Positions 9,246 through 20,100 of a stretch of DNA of 64,000 nt are shown in pieces. Every line of letters begins with the position of its first letter. The stretch's first letter is position 1. The DNA lies in assembly GCA_016721765.1 (NCBI GenBank), contig JADKHO010000004.1:288088-352087 (forward strand). Reading direction: 5' to 3'. The notes under the pieces were generated by a model, which ran no database searches, was not told the origin of the DNA, and worked only from the letters and a program-made list of their open reading frames with translations. The DNA comes from Bacteroidota bacterium. Lineage in GTDB: Bacteria > Bacteroidota > Bacteroidia > UBA4408. A program made the position numbers and the translations under genes.

Positions 9246-9647
9246 TTAATTCCGTTTTAACACTTTTTGAAATAATTCAATTCCTTGTTTTCGATGCAAA
9301 ATACAAACACTACTGCAACATAAAAATACCGTGATGGCAAGAACGAATAATTGCCCACCATCTCCTTTCGATTCAATGCCTATGACAGTTAAATGCGAGA
9401 GCATTGCACCTACCATTAATCCAACACCCATTATCGCTCCGATAAAAACAGTTGGGGGAACCAGCAATAAAATACTGCAAGCTAGCTCGAGCACACCTGT
9501 TCCGATGCGTCCCCATGGCTCGACACCTAATTTAGTAAATAGTTGCACCGATTCAGGATGGGCTGAGAATTTAAAATACAAGGTTTGCAATAATATCAGT
9601 GCTGACACAATGCGTAGTATCCAAGAAAGTAGTTGTAATAGTTTCAT
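9246..9647 (-). CDS. DoxX family membrane protein
   Basis: 133 aa with 4 TM segments and a DoxX-like layout (LRIVSALILLQTLYFKFS...). Confidence 0.7.
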   Translation of the reverse strand: MKLLQLLSWILRIVSALILLQTLYFKFSAHPESVQLFTKLGVEPWGRIGTGVLELACSILLLVPPTVFIGAIMGVGLMVGAMLSHLTVIGIESKGDGGQLFVLAITVFLCCSSVCILHRKQGIELFQKVLKRN

Positions 9648-9658
9648 TTTTTGAAAAA

Positions 9659-10120
9659 TTAATTGTGAAAAATTTTAATCCAGTTTTTATCTGCTTGCGA
9701 TTTTAAATTGGCTTCGTCCTCATTCCATTTTGGAAGTGTATTGTTAAAAAAGGAATGATAGAACAAATAAAGCTTACCTCCTTGAATTTTAAATGTTTCC
9801 GGATCAATTTCCACTTTCTCACTGGTAGCACCCATGGCATAAGCGCACCAGCCTCCAAATTGAGGTTCAAATTTTTTAGGGTCCTTCAAAAATAACTCCT
9901 TATTAGCTTGTGATGAAAAATAATAGGTAACTCCCTCCATAGTAGTTGAGAATTGCTTAGAACCGGGAACGGCTTTATACTTTGTAAAATAGGCAACCGG
10001 ATCATATCCTTGAATCGCCAGTGTGTTAAGTAAGTTAAAATGCTTTGTTCGTAAAGCATTTTGCGCATGCATTCCGGTAGTTAAAAAAAGACCGATAAAA
10101 AGAAGCTTTAATAATTTCAT
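9659..10120 (-). CDS. Secreted YHS-domain protein
   Basis: Signal peptide plus a GYDPVAYF motif (YHS/TRASH metal-binding domain). Confidence 0.65.
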   Translation of the reverse strand: MKLLKLLFIGLFLTTGMHAQNALRTKHFNLLNTLAIQGYDPVAYFTKYKAVPGSKQFSTTMEGVTYYFSSQANKELFLKDPKKFEPQFGGWCAYAMGATSEKVEIDPETFKIQGGKLYLFYHSFFNNTLPKWNEDEANLKSQADKNWIKIFHN

Positions 10121-10239
10121 TGGATTTAGTTTGAGTTTTTAATGATGCAAAACTAGCTAGTGATCAAAAAGCAATAAATAGATATATTTCCCGATGAATT
10201 GCACATCTGTCACTTGTTTTATTAATTCTTTTGATGAGC

Positions 10240-10977
10240 CTATCTATACGGATTAAAACTGAATCCAATCATAAGCATCAGTGCTTTATTTCGCCAACGA
10301 TTGTTGTTAAGTCGCAAGCTGTTGTCGGTGGTGTATTCGGTGAATAAAAAAGTTGGACCAAGCTTCACAGCAGTATGGGATGAAACCCAATAGCGAACAA
10401 ACAATTCAGAATTTAGACCACCCAAATCATTGTCGCTTACTAAAAGTAAATTCAACTGAGTGGGTTTAGCCTGCTGCAAACTAGAATTTATGCTGTCTCT
10501 AAAAGAGGTATATAAACCATCAACCGCTTTGCCCAAACCAATTCCAAACGCATCGATATTAAAACCCGCTTCCCATTTTTTTGAAAAGTTGTATTGTAGA
10601 TTAATACTGATGTTTAGCAGATTATTATTTGCACTGCTTACAAAAAAAGTATCCACATTTTCAGTATATATTTTGGTAAATAAAACCTGTAGGCCGGTTT
10701 GCTTTGAGGTCAGAATTGCCGGCGCGGTAACATAATTAATATCCTTGCCCTTTTGGGAAGTAAAGCGCAAACCATATCCGGCTCCAACCTTTTTGTTTTT
10801 TGTAAGAGAATGGATATGTACCCAGGATAATGCGGCGCCATACTGCGAATTTCCTGCAAAAACAGCCAACTCATAGTTATTATTCTTTCGGTACACTTTG
10901 GTTTCAGGTTCTTGCGCACAAACAAAATTTGCAAGCAACAATCCAACAAAATAGAATAAGGCTTTTGAGAGATACAT
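10240..10977 (-). CDS. Putative outer-membrane beta-barrel protein
   Basis: Signal peptide, alternating hydrophobic beta-strand pattern, and a C-terminal aromatic residue (..FSFNPYR). Confidence 0.4.
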   Translation of the reverse strand: MYLSKALFYFVGLLLANFVCAQEPETKVYRKNNNYELAVFAGNSQYGAALSWVHIHSLTKNKKVGAGYGLRFTSQKGKDINYVTAPAILTSKQTGLQVLFTKIYTENVDTFFVSSANNNLLNISINLQYNFSKKWEAGFNIDAFGIGLGKAVDGLYTSFRDSINSSLQQAKPTQLNLLLVSDNDLGGLNSELFVRYWVSSHTAVKLGPTFLFTEYTTDNSLRLNNNRWRNKALMLMIGFSFNPYR

Positions 10978-11062
10978 AGTAGTAAAAAATTATACTGCAA
11001 AGCAGCTCACTTTTCTACCTTTTATAAATAGCAATACTTCCCAATGTGTTGCACATTATTCC

Positions 11063-11917
11063 CTAACTTAATTCTTTAGAAGCTTTTTTGACTTCAGAAG
11101 GATTTTGTGAGGTACATTTTTTAAAGAATTTGCTAAAATGTGAGCCATCTTCAAAGCCGAGTTCATCACTTATTTCCTTTACAGATTTTTCGGTGTAATA
11201 AAATAATCTTTTGGCTTCGGTAATAATTCTTTGTTGGATAATTTGAGAAGGGCTCTTTTTGCTGTAAAGCGAAAAATAGTTGGAGATTGTTTTAGGAGAT
11301 TTATGGAGCAAAGAAGCATAAAAAGAAACTTGATGTTCTTTACGGAAATGAATTTCCACAAGTAAGTTGAACTGCCGAATAAGGTTAAATTTCTCTTCCA
11401 CAACCTCTTCCGTACCCAAATATTGCTTCTTTGCTAAACGGGTAATTTGAATGATGAGCCTTACCAAAAGCATCCTTAACATCTCCCCTTTAATTTCTTC
11501 ATCTGAATTATATTCCTCTTCAAACAACTCCAGCAATTTTTTCATTTTTGCTTGTTGTTCCTCGTCCAATGCAACAAACATGGTAGGAGAAGGACCAAAA
11601 AATATAAATCCTACACAACCCACTTCAGCATCGTGATTCACAATACAATAAAACTCTCTATTAAACTGCCAAGCGATAATGCTTTCAGCTTGTTCAAAGC
11701 TAAAAGATTGATTGTGCATAATTGGCAAAATTGAATTGGATTTAAACAAGTACTGAACCTCATCAATAGTAACAACTTGATTGGGGCCTGTATTCCAAGC
11801 AATAGTGTGGGTATTAAAGCCATTTTTTTGCTCGTAGAAGTTTTGATTTAAGTCTGGATTTCCCTTTATCAAAATTAACTTACCTAACCCATCCTTATGC
11901 GTAAAATTGAATTTCAT
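11063..11917 (-). CDS. AraC family transcriptional regulator
   Basis: C-terminal AraC HTH (ISDELGFEDGSHFSKFFKK). Confidence 0.75.
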   Translation of the reverse strand: MKFNFTHKDGLGKLILIKGNPDLNQNFYEQKNGFNTHTIAWNTGPNQVVTIDEVQYLFKSNSILPIMHNQSFSFEQAESIIAWQFNREFYCIVNHDAEVGCVGFIFFGPSPTMFVALDEEQQAKMKKLLELFEEEYNSDEEIKGEMLRMLLVRLIIQITRLAKKQYLGTEEVVEEKFNLIRQFNLLVEIHFRKEHQVSFYASLLHKSPKTISNYFSLYSKKSPSQIIQQRIITEAKRLFYYTEKSVKEISDELGFEDGSHFSKFFKKCTSQNPSEVKKASKELS

Positions 11918-12223
11918 AATCTTTGCTTTTCACAAATATAAAGATTGCAAACGTTAAGCCTTACAAATACGATCTCAAAACTGAGATCAATAAAAGGTGT
12001 GGTTCTTCCATTATTTAGGAGACACCTTCTTTATACATTATTTACTATTAAAGCGGTAGGTAATGCCGAAAAGTTAAATCGTGAAGTAGGAAAGAGCGAG
12101 GCACCATTTTAGTCGCATCGGCTGCAAGGTGCAATTTCACTAAGTTAAATTAGCGTATTTCTAAAAGGGCTATATTTTCTTTATCTCCCATCTTTCTGAT
12201 TCGGAGAATAAAATGCTCCACTT

Positions 12224-12258
12224 ATCCAAAAAAAACAAAACCCCGCTATTAGCGGGGT
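12224..12258 (-). terminator. Terminator downstream of tRNA-Ser (minus strand)
   Basis: Perfect hairpin ccccgct-att-agcgggg, followed on the minus strand by a T-run (A-run on plus). Confidence 0.55.
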
Positions 12259-12270
12259 TACTTGTTAGAG

Positions 12271-12355
12271 CGGAGAAAGAGGGATTCGAACCCCCGGAGG
12301 TATGACCCTCAACAGTTTTCAAGACTGCCGCAATCGACCACTCTGCCATTTCTCC
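12271..12355 (-). tRNA. tRNA-Ser (anticodon TGA)
   Basis: The reverse complement folds as GGAGAAA acceptor stem, GCAGAGTGGTCGA D-arm, CAGT-CTTGAAA-ACTG anticodon arm (TGA), a long variable arm and a GGTTCGAATCC T-loop. Confidence 0.85.
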
Positions 12356-12460
12356 GAGCGCGAAATTATAAAAAAAACTCACGCGCCCTAAAAAAAAATC
12401 AAATTCCCCAATTCTTGGTATTGATAGCCGCTTTATGTAATTTAGCATCAAATTTTTAGC

Positions 12461-13954
12461 ATGAAAAAATATTTTTTTAAGAGCTTACTTTTTTCCCTTT
12501 TTTCGACCTGTGTGATGGCCCAAAACAGCATTGAAGCTTACCTTTCTTATGCTGATTTTACCACTTCCGATAATAAACCTTATCTCGAAACCCATTTAAC
12601 GGTTATCGGAAACAGCATCAATTATCAAAAAAATGAAACCGGAAAATATCAAGCAACCATACTTGTCTCCATAGCTTTTGTGCAAAATGAAAGCATTAAG
12701 AATTTTAAAAAATACAATTTATTGAGCAGTGAGTTTGATAGCAGTAATGGCAACAAACCGAATTTCATTGATCAGCAGCGCTTCTCATTAGAGAATGGGG
12801 AATATGAAATGGAACTTGAAATTTCCGATAAGAATTCAACTCAAGCTCCCTTTAAACACAAAGAAAAAATAAACATTCGATACGATCAGGAAACTGTTCG
12901 GTTTTCAGAAATTGAATTAATTGAATCTGCCACTCCCACCCAAACTCAAAACATATTGAGTAAAAGTGGTTATGATTTAGTTCCCTATGTTTCTAAATAT
13001 TACCCTGCCAATTACAATGTGCTTAATTTCTACGCAGAGCTATATAATATGAATGTGGCCATGAAAGAAAAAGAGAAATTTTTGCTTAGCTATTTTATAC
13101 AAGATTTTGATAGCCACGAAAAATTGAATAATTATTCCAACTTCACTAAAGAAGATGCCTCAGCAGTATCAAGCATCTTAAAGAGTTTTAACATCGAAAA
13201 TTTACCCACCGGAAATTACAATTTATGCTTGGAGGCAAGAGATAGAGAAAATAATTTGTTAGCCGAGCGTAAGTTGTTTTTTCAACGCAATAACCCGCTC
13301 AAAGAAGAGTCGGCTATTCCCGATTTATCTCAAATTGATTTAGAACAAACTTTTTTAAAAAATTACACCAATAAGGATACATTGATTTTGATGTTACTTA
13401 ACCTTCGCCCCATCTCATCGCTGTCCGAAAGAAACTATGCCACGAATCAAATTAAGGCCGGCGATACCGAAATTATGAAAAAGTTTTTTTACTCCTTTTG
13501 GCAAACACGAAATGCAGCTCATCCTTATGAAGAATGGTTGAGATATAAGGAGAAAGTGGATGAGGTAAACCAACTCTTCAGCACCAATAACCGTGATAAA
13601 AATGGATTTAATTCGGATAGAGGAAGAGTGTATTTAAAGTATGGTAAGCCTGATGTTCGTAGTGTTAACGAGCATGAACCCTCCTCCTATCCTTACGAAA
13701 TTTGGCAGTATAATCGCCTTGCATCAGGGCAAACCAACCGTCGCTTTATATTTTATAGTCCCTATGTTGGAACAAATGATTACCGCCTCATCCATTCGGA
13801 TGCACGAGGTGAAGTTTTTGATAGTCGCTGGAGGTATAAAATTGATGAACGCAGTTCACTTCCGGCTACGCAAAAGTATAACCTCGATAATGAGAATATT
13901 AACCGCAACGATTTTGGCCGACAGGTAGATGACTTGTATCGTAACCCGCGTTAA
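12461..13954 (+). CDS. GWxTD domain-containing secreted protein
   Basis: Signal peptide plus a C-terminal region resembling the GWxTD signature (GFNSDRGRVYLKYGKPD..YEIWQY). Confidence 0.55.
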   Translation: MKKYFFKSLLFSLFSTCVMAQNSIEAYLSYADFTTSDNKPYLETHLTVIGNSINYQKNETGKYQATILVSIAFVQNESIKNFKKYNLLSSEFDSSNGNKPNFIDQQRFSLENGEYEMELEISDKNSTQAPFKHKEKINIRYDQETVRFSEIELIESATPTQTQNILSKSGYDLVPYVSKYYPANYNVLNFYAELYNMNVAMKEKEKFLLSYFIQDFDSHEKLNNYSNFTKEDASAVSSILKSFNIENLPTGNYNLCLEARDRENNLLAERKLFFQRNNPLKEESAIPDLSQIDLEQTFLKNYTNKDTLILMLLNLRPISSLSERNYATNQIKAGDTEIMKKFFYSFWQTRNAAHPYEEWLRYKEKVDEVNQLFSTNNRDKNGFNSDRGRVYLKYGKPDVRSVNEHEPSSYPYEIWQYNRLASGQTNRRFIFYSPYVGTNDYRLIHSDARGEVFDSRWRYKIDERSSLPATQKYNLDNENINRNDFGRQVDDLYRNPR

Positions 13955-13989
13955 TTCTAAGCGATAATACTTTCCTCCCCAATAATTTT

Positions 13990-15021
13990 ATGATTAAAAC
14001 AGCTGTTGTTATTTTAAATTGGAACGGCAGAAATTTTCTTGAAAAATTTTTGCCTTCGGTAACACGTTATTCAAAAGGGGACGCAAGTATTTTCATTATA
14101 GATAATGCCTCAAGCGACGACTCTATTTCATTTGTTAAAACGCATTACCCCGAAATTACAATCCTCAAAAATGCACACAATGGTGGTTTTTCCAAAGGCT
14201 ATAATGAAGGATTAAAAAAAATTGATGCCCAGTATTTTGTGCTCTTAAATTCGGATGTGGAGGTGACTGAAAATTGGATAGCCCCTATTGTTCAACTGCT
14301 TGATGAACAACCTGAAATTGCAGCTTGTCAACCTAAAATTAAATCATTTCATCAAAAAAACCAGTTTGAATATGCAGGCGCTGCCGGTGGTTTTTTAGAT
14401 AAGCATTATTATCCTTTTTGCAGGGGTCGTATTTTTGATTCGGTAGAAGAAGACAATGGCCAATACGACAACACTCGTGAGGTGTTTTGGGCTTCTGGCG
14501 CCTGTCTTTTTGTGCGTGCCGATTTATATTCAAAATTAGGCGGATTAGATGAAGATTTTTTTGCCCACATGGAAGAAATAGATTTGTGCTGGCGTTTAAA
14601 AAATACCGGTTATAAAATTATGGCAAGCCACCTTAGCACAGTTTATCATGTTGGTGGAGGAACACTATCAAAAATAAATCCACGCAAAACCTTTCTAAAT
14701 TTTAGAAACAACTTGTTTATCATTACCAAAAACTGTGAACGCAAAAAGCTATTCCCAATGCTATTTAAGCGAATGGTATTGGATGGAATTGCAGCCGGTA
14801 AATTTTTATTCTCAGGAAGTCCATCGCACGCATTTGCTGTTTTAAGAGCCCATTTTAGCTTTTATGCACAGTTTAATGGCATGTACAAAAAACGTAAGTT
14901 AGTTACCCCAATACCTTACACAAGTACTTCAACGCAATACAAAAAAAGCATTATCTGGGACTACTACGTGCGCCAACACAAGCATTTCTCGGAAATTGAT
15001 TCTCGAAATTTTCTCATTTAA
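13990..15021 (+). CDS. Glycosyltransferase family 2
   Basis: N-terminal AVVILNWNG..FLEKFL and DNASSDDS motifs, with a DxD-type core. Confidence 0.85.
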   Translation: MIKTAVVILNWNGRNFLEKFLPSVTRYSKGDASIFIIDNASSDDSISFVKTHYPEITILKNAHNGGFSKGYNEGLKKIDAQYFVLLNSDVEVTENWIAPIVQLLDEQPEIAACQPKIKSFHQKNQFEYAGAAGGFLDKHYYPFCRGRIFDSVEEDNGQYDNTREVFWASGACLFVRADLYSKLGGLDEDFFAHMEEIDLCWRLKNTGYKIMASHLSTVYHVGGGTLSKINPRKTFLNFRNNLFIITKNCERKKLFPMLFKRMVLDGIAAGKFLFSGSPSHAFAVLRAHFSFYAQFNGMYKKRKLVTPIPYTSTSTQYKKSIIWDYYVRQHKHFSEIDSRNFLI

Positions 15022-15107
15022 GCTGTAGAATTTAATCGATATATTAATTTTTCTATATTTACTATTTTATAATTTTTTAAGCAATTGATAAACAGTCATA
15101 CAGGAAC

Positions 15108-16181
15108 GTGCAGTTAAAAGTGCCAATACGAAATTATATCACGCTATTAAAGTTAATTCGGGCCTGTGTCCTTATGCTCTTATGTGTGCCTACTTTTTTG
15201 GTAAATGCACAAAGTGCTGATGTGCTAAAAGCAGATGAATTGTTTGCGCAAAAAAAATACCGTGAAGCTGCAGAAGCTTATCGTTTGTTACTTACACGCG
15301 AAAATGAATATCAGCTGAGTTCAAAAATTGGGAATTGCTATTTGATTTTAGAAGAATATGCGCAAGCAGAGAACTATTATGAAAAAGTGATGCGTTACGG
15401 TCAGCGCAAAGAAATCGAGATTTTCAATTATGCCGAATGCCTAAAGAAAAATTTAAAATTTACCGATGCAAAACGTTGGTACAACGAAGCAGTATTAAAG
15501 GACCCAAAGGATAAAAATGCAAAACGAATGGCAAATTCCTGCCAAATGTTTTTAGACAATATGAAAAGTGGCGCATGCAGTATAATTAGTGCCAATAAGA
15601 ATTGCTTTACCCTTGATGCCTCTTTTTCGGTTGATAATGCAGTCCCTGATTTAGTTTACCAATGGGAATTCGATAACGGCGAAAAACTAGAAGGCCAAGT
15701 TGTAAATTATTGTTTTCCGGGTGCAGGCAAACGACAAATAAAATTAAACACCTACGATAAAACAAAAAATTATTCCTTAAAAACAGATACGGTGCTCTAT
15801 CTTACAATTGATGGAATTCCTATTAGCTTTAAAAATTCTGAGAGCCCTCAAATTAACGACTTAATTAATTTTGATGCTTCCAATTCACTTATTGATGGAG
15901 CTACTATTACCGACTATTTTTGGGATTTTGGAGATGGCAATCTTAGTTTGGGAAAACTAACCGAACATTCATTTAAAGCCAGCGGTACTTATACTATTAA
16001 GCTCACGGTAACTGCACAGTCAATTGATGGTAAGCAAGACATCATTTATTGTGGTTACAAGCGTATTACCGTGGAAGGCGAAAGTTACCAAGAAAAAAGT
16101 TTGTTGGATGTATTAAAGGAAGAAGCAGTTGAACGTGAGAAAGAGAAAAAAACAAAGCCTACAAAAAATCAAAAACGTTAA
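15108..16181 (+). CDS. TPR plus PKD domain secreted protein (true start probably at the Met at 15174)
   Basis: TPR-like N-terminal half and two PKD-like segments (YQWEFDNGE...; FWDFGDGN..GTYTIKLTV). An internal Met begins the likely signal peptide MLLCVPTFLVNAQS. Confidence 0.6.
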   Translation: MQLKVPIRNYITLLKLIRACVLMLLCVPTFLVNAQSADVLKADELFAQKKYREAAEAYRLLLTRENEYQLSSKIGNCYLILEEYAQAENYYEKVMRYGQRKEIEIFNYAECLKKNLKFTDAKRWYNEAVLKDPKDKNAKRMANSCQMFLDNMKSGACSIISANKNCFTLDASFSVDNAVPDLVYQWEFDNGEKLEGQVVNYCFPGAGKRQIKLNTYDKTKNYSLKTDTVLYLTIDGIPISFKNSESPQINDLINFDASNSLIDGATITDYFWDFGDGNLSLGKLTEHSFKASGTYTIKLTVTAQSIDGKQDIIYCGYKRITVEGESYQEKSLLDVLKEEAVEREKEKKTKPTKNQKR

Positions 16182-16193
16182 GTTTTTTACCGT

Positions 16194-17171
16194 ATGATGT
16201 GTATCCGAAAAATAATTTTCCTCTTTTCTTTTTTTACGTTAAGCGTTGTGAATGCTTACGCTCAAGAGGTACCTACAAGAGGAGAAAACCTTAAATGCCT
16301 AATTACATTTGGCAAAAATGGCGACCCTTCATGGGGAGATGACGATTTCAGCCAAACCTTCTTTTTCGTAATTCCGGTGATTCAAAAAATGCCCGTTTAT
16401 ATTCGGGTGTATGATCCTGATGTGTTTGGCGATTTTGATGAATTTAACGGAGAGCCGGATACGAAAGTAAAATTCTCAGTGTATGGCGGAAAAGAAGCTT
16501 ACAGCAACTTGGATGCACGTGCACTTTCACCCAAAGGCAATTACCAAAGTGGCGTAATGTTGGCTTCAAAAGTATTTGGAAATGAGAAAGAATACAATTT
16601 AAAATGGTACACCTTTGGCCCTTTTAATCCCACCGAAGGAGAACTTAGTAATGAACTTGGAGGCTACGTGTTTAAAGTAATTGCTGAAGGTTTAAATGGC
16701 AATGACGGAAACAATTATAAGTACTTTTTAAGTTCAAAGATGAACGATAATAATCCAATTGAAGGCGGAAATGCATTTACGTATGAGTACTCCTTTCGCT
16801 TGCAAGATGAAGTTGGTTCGGTGGCACACATTTATCCGTTTGCGGATAACAATGTAGCGTCCATTAACATCAATAATTTTGATTTTGATAACGATGGATT
16901 TATTAAAATATATTCCATTAAAAAAAACGGTCACGACATTGCCTTTTCCGGGAATAATGTGTGGGCCAAGAGCAATGTAATTATCAGCGAAGCCGAAAAA
17001 AACAAATCGCTGGATGTGCAATTAGTGAAATCGGGAAACGCAATAAACGATATGGTTTTTTATGTAACCAATCAATACAATGTACCGGTACCCTTTTTTA
17101 CCGTGCCTTTGGGAGGAGTCCCAAAATACCAGTATTCCATAAAAATTACGCCTAATGGAGCGCAAAAATAA
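16194..17171 (+). CDS. Secreted hypothetical protein
   Basis: Signal peptide (FLFSFFTLSVVNAYAQ) and no recognisable domain. Overlaps the next gene by 17 nt. Confidence 0.45.
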   Translation: MMCIRKIIFLFSFFTLSVVNAYAQEVPTRGENLKCLITFGKNGDPSWGDDDFSQTFFFVIPVIQKMPVYIRVYDPDVFGDFDEFNGEPDTKVKFSVYGGKEAYSNLDARALSPKGNYQSGVMLASKVFGNEKEYNLKWYTFGPFNPTEGELSNELGGYVFKVIAEGLNGNDGNNYKYFLSSKMNDNNPIEGGNAFTYEYSFRLQDEVGSVAHIYPFADNNVASININNFDFDNDGFIKIYSIKKNGHDIAFSGNNVWAKSNVIISEAEKNKSLDVQLVKSGNAINDMVFYVTNQYNVPVPFFTVPLGGVPKYQYSIKITPNGAQK

Positions 17172-20100
17172 ATTCAGTTACCTGCTGATATTCATTCTTG
17201 TTCCGCTTATTGTTTCTGCTCAAAAATATAGTTTTAAAAACTTTTCCATTGAGCAAGGCTTGCCTCAAGCTTATGTATATAGTATGTTTCAAAATCCGGA
17301 AGGATTCATCACAGTAAGCACAGGGAAAGGTAACGCCCTATTTAACGGTGCTACTTTTAAACCCATTGCAATTCCCAATTTAGCTGCCGAAGATTTTGTA
17401 ACTGCTTCCTTTATTGATCAAGCGGGAAATATATGGTACGGTTGCTTTTCAGGAAATATTTACGCATGTGCCGGAAACAAAGAAACCAAGCTGGTGTATA
17501 AAGCCAGTAGTTTAATTACTCATTTTTGTGAAAACAAGAGCGGGGCGCTGCTAGCTACAACGCGCAGCAACGGATTGCTCCTACTCGATAATACAAAATT
17601 TTCGTGTCAAGAAATTTGTGCAGATTGTAAGGCATACATGCTCAACTCCGCCGAATTTGTAAACCGGCATTTGCTCCTTTTGGGAAGTTCAAATGGATTG
17701 CTGCTTTATTCCTTAACCGATAAAAAGATAATCCCGGCACCACAATTAAACGACTACGAAATTAATTGCATCACACAAGGCTCAATGCAAAATTTATTTT
17801 GGATTGGGACAAAAGAAAAAGGTGTTTTTGAAATTTCGATTGACGAAAATTTAAATTTTAAACTGCTGCACAACATTGCTGTTGAAGAGGGTTTATCGAG
17901 TAATAATGTGCAAAGTATTCTGCTCGATAATTCAAAAAATTTGTGGGTGGGAACGGTTGAAGGGGGTATAAATAAAATTGCTACCAATCAAAATTACAAA
18001 GTGCGCTTTTTTAATGAAGCAGCCGGATTAACTTCAGATTTTGTAAAATCTAGCTTGATTGATAATGAAGGCAACCTTTGGCTGGGAACTTACGGTGGTG
18101 GTCTTTTTCGTTTAGATATTGATCCTTTTGAATTAATTAATGTAAAAGATGGTTTACGCGACAATAACATAACTGCAATTGAATCGGATGCAGCAGGCAA
18201 CTTTTGGTTTGGCACAAATCAAGGCATTACTCAACTGAATTTTGAAAAAAATCAGAGCAAGCAAATTACAGTGGATAAGGGTTTGGTGAGCGATAAAATA
18301 ACGGCACTCTATTTAGATAAAGCAGCACACCGTCTATGGGTTGGAACGGCCGATAAAGGAATATGCACCCTAGAATTAGAGAATGGTAAAATAAATAATT
18401 TTAATCATCAACCTCCACTCGAAGGCGATTACATAAATGCTATCGGGAGCGATAAATTGGGAAACATTTGGATTAGTACAACACTTTCCGGAGCATATAA
18501 ATTCGATGGTGAATTTACCCAATATTCCACAAAAAATGGCTTAGGACACAATTATGTTTATCAGGCTTTTGGCGACTCTAAAGGAAAAGTTTGGTTTGGA
18601 ACACATGCCGGCTCCTTGAATTATTTTGATAAAGGAAAGGTGCAAGAATATAGTAGTAAACTCGGTATCAGTATTTATGACTTTAATTCCTTTTGTGAAG
18701 ATAAAAATGGCAACATCTGGACTGCAACATTTGGAAATGGTTTTGTTAACATTTCTATTTCACCTAAAGTGGTTATCACCACCAATCAAGGCTTGGTTTC
18801 GAATTATTGTTATGGCATTATTTGCGACCGTGATAACAATCTTTGGGTAACTCAAAAAAATTACCTCGCAAAGTTCAACCCCATTCGTCAAAACCTAAAA
18901 ACCTTTAGCAATAAGGATTTATTTGGCGATAATCAATTTAATATCAATGCCACCCATTTAGATAAGGATGGAAATGTGTGGTTGGGAAGCGTGAAAGGAG
19001 CTGTAAAATATTTGTATTCTATCTACAATACCAATAAAACAGAAGCCAAACCAAGTATTACGCATTTCCGCGTATTTAATGAAAACAAAGATCTTACAAC
19101 TTACTTAACCTTACCCTATAGCAGCTATTCCGTTTCGTTTGAATTTGAAGCTTTGAGTTTCAAAAAATCAGAAGAAGTATTATACAAATACATGCTTGCC
19201 GGGCGCGACAACGACTGGTGTATGGCCACCTCCATTAAGTTTGTAAACTATGCAAATTTAGCAGATGGTGAGTATACTTTTAAATTGCTGGCGTGCAACA
19301 ACGATGGATTATGGAACACCGAACCGGTTACCATTTCATTTACAATTAATCCACCCCTTTGGAAAAGTTGGTGGTTTTGGACTGTGTTGTTACTTATTTT
19401 AATAGCCACTGTTGCCATATACGTAAATATTCGCGCCAAACAACTAAAACGCCAGCGCGATGAATTACAGCGCATGGTGGATAATAAAACAAAAGAGCTT
19501 AGCCAAGAAAAAAGCTTAGTGGAATCCCAAAATAAAATTATTCGTGCTAAGAATAAGGATATACAAGACAGTATCAATTATGCTCAAAAAATTCAGGATG
19601 CCATTTTACCGGATATCAATGAGCTACGAAAAAACCTGAGCGATGTATTTATTTTATATCAACCGCGCGAAGTAGTAAGCGGCGATTTTTATTGGTACAC
19701 GCAAGTGGATAATTCGATGATAATGGTGGCTGCCGATTGCACCGGACATGGAGTTCCGGGTGCTTTGATGAGCATGATTGGGAATGCATTGCTACGTGAA
19801 ATTATTTTGTTGAATCAAATTTATAGTCCACATAAAATATTGTATGCATTAGATGAAGGAATTATAAGTACCCTCAACCAGGGCGGTGCGGAGAAAGAGC
19901 GCAAAGACGGGATGGCCATTTCAATTTGTAAAATTATTGCCGATAAAAAACAAATTTCATTTGCGAGTTCACAACAATCCTTAATTCATATTGGTAAAAA
20001 TGGAGCGCGCGAAATTAAGGGTGAATTTTTCTCTATTGGAGATTATGAAGTAACTGATAAAAAATTTGAGAATCATCTTATTCCGTATGAGTCGGAAGAT

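Noticed and set aside
12271-12355. Genomic island inserted at tRNA-Ser
   Set aside because: No integrase is present, no duplicated tRNA 3' segment was found in the window, and the flanking genes look native.
12170-12459. Two ORFs (12170..12451 minus, 12262..12459 plus) from the six-frame track
   Set aside because: Both overlap the tRNA-Ser gene and its terminator hairpin, and neither has coding-like composition. The region is explained by the tRNA.
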